Shown: piece by piece, positions 1 through 11,375 of the stretch
Layout of the letters: the number at the start of each line of letters is the position of its first letter
Numbering within the stretch: the first letter of the stretch is position 1
Origin: Octopus sinensis
Lineage: Eukaryota
NCBI RefSeq assembly: GCF_006345805.1
Contig: NC_043008.1
Coordinates: 67,270,001-67,334,000 of the forward strand
Length of the DNA stretch: 64,000 nt
Direction: 5' to 3'
The notes under the pieces: generated by a model
Told to the model about the DNA's origin: nothing
Seen by the model: only the letters and a program-made list of their open reading frames with translations
Databases searched by the model: none
Translations under genes and position numbers: made by a program

Positions 1-373
1 TACACACACACACAACAATCCCCTTTCAGTTTCCATCCACTAAACTCAGTCACAAGACTGCTTGGCCCAGAACTATAGTAGAAGATATTTGCCCCAAAGT
101 GCTGTGCAGTGGGACCAAACATGAAACTACATGGTTAAGAAGCAATGCCTGTTGCCTTTATAACTATCCAGCCATGCTTGTATCTTGTTTTTCATTATAA
201 ATCTACACTAACAAGGCTGACCTGGTGCTAAACAACATTGGAAATTCTCATTAGCTACATACATTCATCTATACATCCACCAACCAAACCTTTAAACTGA
301 AGCAAAGCAACACATCTTAAAGAAATAAGTTTATTCACAGTCAATTGCAGATTATATTTACAACAGGAAAATA

Positions 374-494
374 TCAGCTTTCCAAAAAACGTGCCCAGGC
401 TGGATTTGAAGGTTCTGGGGGTAAAACCCAAGTATCAGGGATCCGACTGGCACCGGGTGCAGTTTCTGGTGCCAAATAACAATCCCAGTCTCTC
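374..494 (-). CDS. PDCD7: PDCD7 terminal exon 9 (RDWDCYLAPETAPGASRIPDTWVLPPEPSNPAWARFLES*)
   Basis: Translated by hand; tcttatag| acceptor, TGA at 374-376; resembles the PDCD7 C-terminus WDQYLVP...GWVLPPLPSNDIWA. Confidence 0.94.
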
Positions 495-1329
495 CTATAA
501 GACAGAAAAAAAAAATAAGAGAGTAAAAAATATGTATTTAAATTTATATATTTTACAAAGTAGTAATATTTTAATTAACAAAAAGATGAAAATTTGATTT
601 CAGTGTTCATGTGAGACCTTATTTTGAAATATAAAAATTAAAGTGCACTGTGGTCATCAAAACTAGCCATTCAAAATGAATATATAATCCATGAATGATC
701 AGGTATGGGTTGGACAAGACCCACCGAAGCAGTGTTTAACTGCAGGATGTTCTTCCTCTCACCAACTCTTGTTTTTCAAGTAAGATTTCTTTTTATTCCA
801 CTGGTCTTTATGTTAGAATAAACGAAACCATCAAGCTATGGGACATAATGCTTATGGGAGACAAATGTCACAGATGCTCAAATCATCAATGTGAAAATGC
901 AAGAAGACAAACACACACACACATATTATGAGGGAATGCTGAAAAGTTCTTGGCTTTGGGTAAAAGAAAATACAGGAGGATCAGTTAATTATGATTTTAT
1001 CCAACATATTCTCCTCTCAGATTCACACACTTAGCAGTCCTTCAGTATTTCCAAGGCCTGTAAAAGGAGTTGGAAGGTTGGGCCTCCAACCATGCCTTTC
1101 GCAGTATCCTTAAAGCCAGGAACTTTGCAGATCTCCCTTGTATGTGTGTATGTATTCATTCAAAAGCCAATACAATGCAAATTAAAGTAATAAAGACAAA
1201 ACAACAGTTGTTCTCTCTTCATTCAGCTTTCATTCTTATATTTCATTTTGCACACACACACCTACCATACTGTCCACACACACACCAGCATTACTGTTTA
1301 CACACAATTGCTCCAGTTGAAAAACTCAC

Positions 1330-1417
1330 CGAATCTGCAGAAAAGACTCCCAATTGTCAATGGCCTGTGTGTAGTATTTCAGGAAAGGGTAACAAGGATC
1401 CATTGAATCAATGACAT
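1330..1417 (-). CDS. PDCD7: PDCD7 exon 8 (DVIDSMDPCYPFLKYYTQAIDNWESFLQIR)
   Basis: Translated by hand; ttccccacag| acceptor, CG|GTGAGT donor, 88 nt, phase 1/2; resembles PFRQYYLQAEHSLPALIQIR. Confidence 0.93.
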
Positions 1418-2135
1418 CTGTGGGGAAGAAAAGACCCAGAGAATTACTGGCACTATAAGAATTATTTCACAACTATAATAACAACAAGCAACCCATTAAG
1501 GGTGTTTCTATGTGGTTTCTAAATCTGCTGAAAGCAGCAGCCATACCACTCCTCAAATTACAACCTACCTTTTTAAAATAGGAAGAATGGAGTACTTGAT
1601 ATAAAAAATGAGAAGGTCATGGTTGAAGCACCTTTGATCAGTTAAAGTTGATATGGAGTTAGATAACAAGAGTCTTATGTTCTAGTAAATTTAGGCTTCT
1701 CTAATAAAGAAAGCAAAATTGTTCCATATTGACTAAATCCACCTTGTCATCTCTGTGTAACCACTGCAACAAACTGTTTTTCTTATATGAAGATGCTACT
1801 ACTCAGGATCCCCACACAGTCATCCACCACAGTACTAATCAACAAAGAAGCCTTTACAACAGGCATGGGTAACCTTTTTGAGAAGCTGGGCCACACGAGA
1901 CAGGCTTATCATCAGGTAAGCCACATTACTAAAAAAAAAACAGGAGGTAATTTATTTCATTAGGTATCAGACACTGGGCCTCACTGAGGAAATGACAAGG
2001 GACCGGGAGATGTAGTAATTTGCTATACTTGATAAGACACATCAAGCTAAGTAAAATCACTGTGTTCCATACATATAGGTTTGTCCTCTCAGTGCCAGTA
2101 ACACTTAAAGACCACCCATGTCGGTACTTTATTAA

Positions 2136-3222
2136 CCCTTTCGTTACTATATTTCTGACCAAATTACACCCCTTATGTGTTTCAATTAATTTCTAACGTA
2201 ATCATAAATTTAGTCTGGTTTCATTAAACAACTCTAACTTTTTTATTTATCAATATATTAATCTGATTTTTGGAAGATAATTTAATGAAATATTCTCAAC
2301 CAATTCTATACTATAATTTTTGTCACAAAGTGACTCTAATTGCAGGTAGATACAGGTAAATTCCACAAAATATAAAATTATTAAAATTTTGTTCAAACAT
2401 CGCCATAGAAAATGGGTTATTAGCTAATATTCAATTGGGTATACAACAAAATTTTACGATAGAATTTGTTATTCTGGGTAACTTTCTGATACCCATAATA
2501 ATATTTATGGCAAAATAGTCTTAATTTCATTTAAGGTTGTGGGAAACCACAAAGTATCCTTTCTTTCGTTTTGTTTACATTTAGTGTAACAGTTCGTTTC
2601 TGCCGTAATGATTTCAAATAGGCTCATTCGAAAAAGTAAATAGATATAGTCTAAGGCTTTACCCTTCTGGGAAAGTCTGTGGCTTGGTCCAGTTTCTTCA
2701 GAAAAGTCACCGAAAGAAACAGTTTTTAAATTTTCACTCCATTCAGGTGCCAATTCGTTTTCTTTATCGCTATCGGAGATCTCAGATTCACTGTTTTCAC
2801 TTTCGGAAAATGAAACATCAGATTCATTATCAAATACCACATGCTTTTTTTTTTCAGTCATAGAGTTAGATTTATGAAGGTCTTCAGTAGAAAATCCTTC
2901 GAATTCTGACTCGCTGCTTGATATAATGAAATTCGTATCCATTTTTTGTCAGAATTACAAATTTTGAAAACACAATAGGAACAAATTTCGGAAAAAAAAT
3001 CTCCCAAAATTCACGGAATTAAAATTACACTTCGATTATTGTACAAAACTGTAGTTGAACTGTTTACGAAGTATAATACGTGTTTTCACGAATGTACTGA
3101 AGAGATTTGCTCTGATATTCTCATTTAAATATGAATAGGTAAATTCGGGCGGCTTTGGGCGGTTTGGTCTCATAAACCAAAATTTTTTTCGGCCGGCTTT
3201 GGGCGGTTTGGTAACGAAAGGG
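2136..3222 (-). mobile_element. Internally deleted piggyBac transposon (PGBD4-like transposase N-terminus)
   Basis: TTAA at 2132-2135 and 3223-3226; TIR CCCTTTCGTTAC/GTAACGAAAGGG; ORF 2505..2942 has an acidic N-terminus and LDYIYLLF..LFEIITAETN..W.PTT.NEIK. Confidence 0.9.
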
Positions 3223-3499
3223 TTAAAGCACCTGTGCCAGTGGTAAGTAAACAGCACCCAGCACACTCTGTTAAGTGGTTGGCATTAGGAAGGGTATCCA
3301 GTCATAGAAACTATGCCTTAACAAACAGTTGGAATCTGGACAGCTCCATGTCAAACCGTCCAACCCATGCCAGCATAGATAGTAGACGTTAAACGATGAT
3401 GATGTCATTTGGAAAGTCCCATGAGCTGAAGGTTACATGTGACTCCTTTACAGGATCTTTCAACCTACAAGAAATAGTAGCCAAATTTCCTTCACTCCA

Positions 3500-4990
3500 C
3501 TAGACATACACCAGCTTCTCACCATCATCATTGAAAATAAATATTTCACTTTCTATCACCACACATACAAACAAACAACAGGCCTGCCCATGGGGTCCAG
3601 TCTCTCAGGCCTTCTAGCCATCACCTATATGAACCAACTGGAACATTGAGTGCTAAACACCTGCTGCTCCTGTGTTTCCTTCACCCAATACATAGACGAT
3701 ATACTCATCCTCACATCATCCTGTGAGGGGCTGACTAAATATCTATGACATTTTCAAATGCAGATAACAACATATAATTTACCACAGAACACCCTTATAG
3801 AAATGGTTCCTTGTCTCTGCTGGACTTCCAACTTAGAATAACAGATGATGGTACTATATGCATCAACTTCTATAAGAAAGCTGCCAGCAGAGACTTGTTT
3901 GTGCATTATAGATCAGTTCTTCCCTTTGGTGCTAAAACCAGATACATAAGAAATGAACTTACATGTATCTGGAATAAATGTAGCAAGATAGAAGGCCAGA
4001 TCACTCACACTGCACACTTCATAGATGTACTGAAGATGAATGGATACCCAACATCCACAATGAATTGACTTAAGAATCAAAGGTGCCGCTGTCATAAGAC
4101 CTCCTCTGACATCTGTTTCATGAAATTACATCTTAGCAAAAGCATAACCAAAGCTATCCGCAGAGCAATCCACAAAGGACTGGACATACAGTTAGCACAT
4201 TCCAACCCTTCTCTGCATGGATACCTGTCTAAAAAGCAATCCAGAGACAATAATCAATGTTCGCTGACTAACTGCCCTATCCGTGATACAGGTATGTACC
4301 GGCAGATACATGAGGTATACCAGACTGAATGCAACAAATGTAAGGAGCTGTACATTGGTACAATTCGAACACTCCACACTGGCATTAAAGAACGCCTCAA
4401 CACAAGCGCATCCTCATTCAAGAAGCACATTGACAAATGTAGAAACATCAACCAACATAAAGCCAGTGATAGAAATGTGAGCAACTTGAAAATCAAGGAA
4501 GCCTTGCTCATACATAGACTCAATCTGCAAATAAATAATAGATTAGAAATCAGCACACAATACTTGACATAAAAAGAAAGACCCACAGGCACACAAACTA
4601 AACACCTTGTGGCGGCACAAGCAATCAGCGCCATATTGGATGAGCCATTGCCATCTCCGGGACTGGAGCGAGACCTCACCTGCATCCATTTGCCATGCAC
4701 AAGATCACAACGAGGCTTGCAATGGAAAACTATATAAAGAGAAAACCCGATTCAGACCTCTCTCTTTTGGTGCCACTTCACAGCAGCGCTGGTTAAACAC
4801 CACCACTGGCTGTATCTTTCTGCATGTGTACCTCCAGAGGCAATTTGCACCCGCACTGTTGGAGCTACTGCACAAAGCACACAGCTAAAGATGGTAGCTG
4901 AGAGCAGCACACTTCACCAATCCTGTGAAACTTGTAAATAAAACCAGTTGTAAATAGCATTTGTACTTAAAGTCTTCTCTCTTCACCTGC
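3500..4990 (+). mobile_element. Decayed Penelope-like retroelement (RT plus GIY-YIG endonuclease)
   Basis: GLPMGSSLSG and YIDDILI RT motifs; LLDFQL..FYKK thumb region; VYQTECNKCKELYIG..RTLH GIY-YIG-like segment; stops and frameshifts. Confidence 0.88.
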
Positions 4991-5247
4991 CGGAAGCCTG
5001 AACTACACAAAGAACAAAAAGATAATGGAAGAACATGATATTCTTCCGATATCGTAAACCTTGCCTTCCATTATAATCTCATACAACAAAAAAATTGATT
5101 TCGCAAAATACTATATTGGTAATTAATGTCATTCACGTGTAAAGCGAAGTAACTATCAAAAACACTCTCAAAAAACTGAAGAAAAAATTTTAATCAAATC
5201 AAAAATTTTATCTCAAAGAGAGGAAATTGGAACATTATTCACTGAAA

Positions 5248-5307
5248 GTTCCTTAAACCCTGATGAAGGGATTTTTAGGTCTTGAAATATTGGACAGTTA
5301 AAAGAAC
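5248..5307 (+). ncRNA. Degenerate minimal type I hammerhead ribozyme, Penelope-associated type
   Basis: CTGATGA(A)-GGGAT/GTCTT stem-GAAA-TATT-GG, with flanks GTTCCTTAA/TTAAAAGAAC able to pair. Confidence 0.45.
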
Positions 5308-5610
5308 AACAATAAATACAAAACAAAGATTACTGGGTAACTTAATCATCGTTACCGCATCTTCCAATCCATTTTACATTGTTTAGCCTTCTATCTCTTT
5401 CTATGTTATATATCAGACAATGCTTCAAGCAAACTTTGACATTTTAGTTATATTTTTAGTTTAGGTGTACCATCGAATTTTGAAAAGAATATAAGTGTAC
5501 CATAAGTGAAAAAAAAAGGTTGCAGAGCACTACAAGAAATCAAAGGGTATGTGTAGGAGCGTTGTTCCAGAAAGGGATATTAGCTAAATGCAAAAAATGT
5601 TTCCACAAAC

Positions 5611-5731
5611 CTTTGCCAAACAGAAGTTGTAGTTCGCGTTTCTTCTCTCGCTTCTCAATTTCTTTCTTAACTTTGTGTGACTTTGCCCGTTCACGTTCTT
5701 TGGTCTCTTCCTGTTCACATTCCAGCATTAC
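5611..5731 (-). CDS. PDCD7: PDCD7 exon 7 (VMLECEQEE...LQLLFGK)
   Basis: ttgttgcag| acceptor, AAG|GTTTGT donor, 121 nt, phase 0/1; resembles VMLEGEQEE...KLFG. Confidence 0.92.
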
Positions 5732-5959
5732 CTGCAACAAGGCACAAACATATTTTAGACAAAGCATCAGATTATAAGCATGAGTGTTAGTGTACAAGCA
5801 TACAAGCATCTATATGCCACCATACACCCACACGCACACATGCAAATATGTCATTACACAACTTTTTTGTATGCGTGTGTAAAGCTGTATCATTATGTTG
5901 ATCAGACTATCAGATGTTATATATCACTGGTCACAATGCGCTTCCAAGACTTTCTTGAT

Positions 5960-6340
5960 TGCAACATTCTTTTTCATCTTGGCCCAAATCATTTAACTAA
6001 ATTGTCTTCCCATTGGTTTGGAAGCCTTCCAAGAGGCCTTCACCAATCTCTTGGAAACCACTCAGCAACTGCACAGGTCCATCTACCAACTGTAAACTTT
6101 GCAACGTGTCCAGTCTAGAGGAACTTGTGCTTTCCATATTCTGCAATCATGTCATTCACTCCGCTCTATTCACAAATTATCTCATTTTAGATATGCTCTC
6201 GCAATGATATTCCTAGAGGCCTTTTGCATCATAGCCAATCGATCTTCTTCCCTCTTCCTAGTAAGCCACATCTCACTGCCATATAACTGCATGTAGAATG
6301 GTACAATTAAAGAGCCTAGCATGTATGGTCATGTCCAGCA
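5960..6340 (-). mobile_element. RTE-type LINE 3' fragment (decayed)
   Basis: Minus-strand RPLGRLPNQWEDNLVK resembles the RTE C-terminal R..GRP..RW.D motif. Confidence 0.6.
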
Positions 6341-7453
6341 TTGCATTGAGCACAAACTTTATTGAGGTAAATGTCTTCCCTCCTACCCTTATTCATCATC
6401 ATCATCATTTAGTGTCTGCTTTCCATGCTGGCATGGGTTAGACAGTTTAACTGAAGCTGGGGGAGGGGTCTGCACCAGGTTTCAGTCTGATTTGGCATGG
6501 TTTCTACAGCTGGATGCCCTTCCTAACACCAATCACTCCAAGAGTGTAATGAGTGATTTTTTTACATGCCACCAGCACAGGTGCCTGTTATGTAACACCG
6601 GCATTGGCCATGACTATAATTTCACTTGGCTCAATGGGTTTTCTCAGGCACAACATATGATCAAAGGTCTCAGTCACTTATTATTTCCTCGGTAAGGCCC
6701 AATGTTTGAAGGGTGCTTTTTAAGGGCTACCAGCACAGGTGCCAGTTACATGACACAGGTATTGGCCATAACTACGATTTCACTTGGCTTGACAGGTCTT
6801 CTATGTATAATTTGATATACATTAATAAAGATAAGTTTAACACATTAAATTAACTTCATTAAAGCTGCCACTGAATTTAGGACATTTATATTACTTATGC
6901 AGTATTCTATATGTTTTAGCTAGAGTATAGTTGGGTCTCAAGGAGGTAGTATAAACTTAGCAATATTTGTTTTATAGTGAAAAGAAAATTTCCATTCAAA
7001 TGGAACGATTTCTGTTCGAGTCTAGCCATTTTAAATTGTAGTGGAAATGCGACCTATGTTACAAATAGGCATATGAATATTGTATGAATTATATAATTGA
7101 AAAATTTCCATATTTTGTACATGCGAGTATATAGGCCTGTAGGCGCAATAGAAAGTGCTCGCAGAGGTTTCCTACCCCTGGGTTAGATAAATATGTATTA
7201 TTATTGAAACATAATATAACTGAATGCCCTTCTGATTGCTAATTCATAATTGTTTTTCTAGAGGGGAATTATTTTTATTTTCCTCTTTCTGACTACCTAA
7301 TCCTAAATTTAACATGAAATATTTTTGACTGACCAGTGATGTTCAGTATTTAACACAGGATCTGTATAAGGGACAACAAAAAAAAAAGCAAATGAAGGAA
7401 AATATTATAATACAAGGGTGTGTGGGTGAACTGGTGAATAATGATAGGTTTAC

Positions 7454-7566
7454 CATAAGGGTACGCTGCTCTGCTTCATAGACATCCATCTGGTTATTCA
7501 GCATCCTTTGTAAGCCAGAGATGTCTTCCTCAAATTTCTTATCAGAATGGAATAATGTATATAAGC
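7454..7566 (-). CDS. PDCD7: PDCD7 exon 6 (GLYTLFHSDKKFEEDISGLQRMLNNQMDVYEAEQRTLM)
   Basis: Translated by hand (not in ORF track); ctccttcag| acceptor, ATG|GTAAAC donor, 113 nt, phase 1/0; YEAEQRTL resembles YEAEERAL. Confidence 0.92.
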
Positions 7567-8484
7567 CTGAAGGAGAAAAACAAAAACATTAAGAAGAAAG
7601 AAATGAATCATATTTTCTTATGATTTAGGGGGATTAATTACACTTTTATAAAACGTTGGTGTAGTTGTTAATAATTGGTGTTAATAATTCATAATTGGTG
7701 GCAAGCTGGCAGAATCATTAACATGCCAGGCAAAATACTTTGTGGCATTTCATCCATCTTTACATTCTGAGTTCAAATTCTGCCACGATTGATTTTGCCT
7801 TGCCTCCTTGTGGGGTGATAAAATAAGTACCAGTTGAACACTGGGGTCAGTGTAAATCAGTTTACTCCCACAAACAGTGCTGGCCTTGTGCCAAAATTTG
7901 AAATCAAAATTATGAATATAGGTAAGGCATCAAACTGGCAGAATCATTAGCATGTAGGGAAAATGTATCTGTTCCAGTCTTTGCTTTCAGACAGCAATGT
8001 ATGCAGCATCACTGTTGCTAAGCTTTGTTGACCCAAGAGCAGTAGCCTTTCCCTCAAGCAACAGTTGGCATGGAGAAGGAAAACTTGCATTCATGGACAA
8101 CTGCTAAAGTTCCATGAAAATAAAAATAAATAAAAAACCCTAGCCTACCTCTGAAGATATAGAAGCAGGTAGATTAGATGATGAACCTTAACACTTAACT
8201 GTGCAATTAAATTTCGAAGTTATTCCAATAATAAGGTTAAATATCTATCAAAAAATAGAATTGGTATTTTCTTCAAGCTTTAAATGAACTTGACATATCT
8301 CAATGGAAAGTCGTTTCAAACATGACATTCTTCAAGAAATGGTAAAGGTAATGAGATTTTTTGAGTGGATACATCTGATTTATGCAGGAATCTAGGATAT
8401 AAAAAACTACGAGGTTTCTTCCTTCCATCTCAAAATGGTCGAAAAAAAAAAAAAAAAAAGAAAGAAAAAAACATGCAAACACAC

Positions 8485-8623
8485 CTTTCTTAGCAACATT
8501 CTCTTTGCGGATTTTCCTCAGTTTACTCAAGTTTCCAATCAGTTCCAGCATTTTGGCAACATCAGACTTCTTCTTACGAACTTCACCCAGGACTGAGTCA
8601 ACAGCCACTTTCATTTCTTTCTC
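8485..8623 (-). CDS. PDCD7: PDCD7 exon 5 (EKEMKVAVDSVLGEVRKKKSD...LSKLRKIRKENVAKK)
   Basis: tttttag| acceptor, AAG|GTGTGT donor, 139 nt, phase 0/1; resembles the PDCD7 motif ELKAAADGVLSEVRKKQAD...LEKLRKLRKE. Confidence 0.93.
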
Positions 8624-9305
8624 CTAAAAATACAAGTAAACCAGTTAGATCATTATCATCATCATCATCATTTAGCATCCGTTTTCCATGCTAGCATGGG
8701 TTGGACGGTCTAACTGGGGTCTGTGAAGCCGGAAGGCTTCATCAGGCCCAGTCAGATTTGGCAGTGTTTCTACAGCTGGATGCCCTTCCTAACGCCAACC
8801 ACTCCGTGAGTGTAGTGGGTGCTTTGAATATTCCGAGAAATACTTCAGTTCTACATTCCCAGTATGAAAGAATCATTTTTGTTAAAACTTTTAATTAAAA
8901 TCACTTTAATTAGTTAAAGAAAGGAAAAAGAGGCAATAGAGGCAATGGTCATATCCTTTTCAAGGCCTGCTAGTTAAATCAATATAAAGATTGTACAAAA
9001 AAGTACACAGACATAACAACATAGATGTAGAAGTGTTGTTATGAACTTAGTCACAGCTCTGGTATTACAGACATGTGATTAGAATGTCACAGGAAAGGCA
9101 AGCAAGATGGATTCTTCAAGCCAAGCCAACAGGTAGGACACAAGGCAGTTGACTAAGAATGAGATGGTTGGGTAATATCCATAGCTTCATTTGGTCACGC
9201 TTGGGAATCCAGTCAAGGAAGTCTAATATTTCTGATAGGAACCTGTGGAGGAGGTGCTTGGAGATTCTACCCCTACAACCCTCCCAGGAATAGTGGGAGA
9301 AGATG

Positions 9306-9342
<37 letters not shown>

Positions 9343-9835
9343 ATAGATAAGGTTGGTCTATGGGATTATCCCACAGACACCGGCCTTATCTATTTTTATA
9401 CTATACTGCTCTGGAGTGTACTTTCTTTTCAGATTTATGATTTATTAATGATATATATATATAATCACTCGTTATGTTTTTTATGCCTGTTTTTTTCATG
9501 TTCCTATAGGTAACATAAATATATTATTGAGGCACTGTTTTACAGCTGAATGTCCTTCTCGACACAAACCCATACCTATTTTCTAAGAGTATATATATAT
9601 ATATATACACATATTAGTCTTGTAATCAAGCAGTTAAAGGGAGAAAAATAGAGAAAGGGTAGGGGGACAGGATAGATTTCTGAATATGCATATTACTGTG
9701 TAAAGCTTATTAAACATGACAAATTGAAATAGAAAATTTATCCAACAAACTAAAAAAAAATTTTTTAAACAAAAACAAACCACCACAACCACAATCATCA
9801 TCCTCATTGTCATCGTCATCATCATCATCCCTTAC

Positions 9836-9967
9836 CTGTTTAATTTGCTGTTCTTTCTGAGATATGGAATCTCTCCAATCATCCAAGGTCCGATGCAGTT
9901 CCTTCCTGAAAGACATAGCCCTTTCTCGTTCTTCATATTTTTTTTTCCGTAAGCGTTTCAGCCTCGC
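9836..9967 (-). CDS. PDCD7: PDCD7 exon 4 (ARLKRLRKKK...LDDWRDSISQKEQQIKQ)
   Basis: tttgcag| acceptor, CAG|GTAAGG donor, 132 nt; LDDWR resembles the IDRWR segment of human PDCD7 as I recall it. Confidence 0.9.
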
Positions 9968-10084
9968 CTGCAAATCATTCAGAGAAAACTCATTTCAAGC
10001 AGAAAGGAACATCATTAAAAATGAAAGCAGAGCAGAGTGCTTCTACACTATAGATAGATATGGTCACAATACAAAACAGAAGTG

Positions 10085-10300
10085 TAAATTATAACTATAA
10101 AATAGAATACAGGTAGATATAGCCACAGTATAAGTAGATCTGGCCATGACACAGGTAGGTATAATCATAAGACAAAATATGGTTACATTATACAGTAGAG
10201 GTAGGTAGGGTCATAATACTGAATATAAATAGTTATGGCCATAATGCAAAATACAGGTAGATTTGGCCACACTACAGTATATAGGTAGATAATATAGCTA
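10085..10300. repeat. Degenerate tandem repeat of about 20-30 bp (atacaggtagatatagccac-like)
   Basis: About seven imperfect copies. Confidence 0.55.
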
Positions 10301-11167
10301 TATATAAGCAATAGTACAATACACGACGGCCATCAAACATATATCTAAAATATGGGCTACAATTGAACTGGGAACTATTCTATTTAAAAAGAAAAATCTT
10401 GTATTGCATGAGAAAAGTTGATATATAGGAATTCTAGTAATATTTGAAAACAATTCTGTAAAGTCAGCCATACTGTGATGAACTTTGTACAAGACTTACT
10501 GTTTCAATTTACACACCATGTGTTGTATGACTTTGATTTTCTTGAGTTTCTACTAACAGAAACTCCATCAGATAGCATCATTTGATATCCAGTTTTACAC
10601 CATGTATTTTCTATCATTCCTGACTTGGTGAGGTTTTCTCCGTTGACAGTTTAATTATCATTATTATTATTACCTGGACTCAAATTACATTTGTACATCC
10701 ATCACAAATAGATGCAGCTTCTTTTATGCTTTTATTTTTAAAGTCGTTTTTCCTTTTTCTCTCATTTTTTTCTCTTTCTCACCTTTTTGGTTCTTTAAGT
10801 CCTCTCCTTCAAACACTTATACATTGAAATCAATGGAGCGAACATCATTATTTTGGTCATCTTCAAACTTCTGCCAAGAAGTGCTATATCGTTTCATTGT
10901 TTATAAACTCTTTATCCATGAATAAAAATTAACAATTTCAGAATAGATCATCAATGGTGTAACATAGGTTGTGAAAGGTGTATGGACTCCACTAGATGGT
11001 CACCTCATAGACATGCATTTGATATAGTCAAAAGTATGTTATAATTAAGGAATGAAACAGCCGAAACCCATTTAGGCCACAGAAAATCCCTACATCCAGA
11101 TACCCTTAATGTTCTCATCCTAGACAAGTATGGTAATATAAAACCCATTTCTTGTTCTTCCTTGTTC

Positions 11168-11375
11168 ATTAACCTCTAAGCATTTAGATTACTCTGTGAA
11201 ATGTAATGTTTATTTGCATTGTTTTGAATTAATCATGCATTATATCACAGCTTTGTGATTGTGTATTTTTAGAATGATATAAGGTAGGCATGAGAGGCTG
11301 GATCCTACCTTTTTGAACATAAAACAGGTAGGATATTTGGGATGGATATGGCCTGTCTAAATCCTAAAGGGTTAA
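11168..11375. mobile_element. Second TTAA MITE family; copies at about 19600-19820 and 61889-62110
   Basis: TTAACC..TAAGCATT...CTAAAGGGTTAA ends and shared internal sequence in three copies. Confidence 0.7.

Noticed and set aside
8951-8959. Isolated RTATCCTTT motifs (8951, about 2554, 38206, 60308)
   Set aside because: Single copies, antisense to the host gene or inside repeats; consistent with background.
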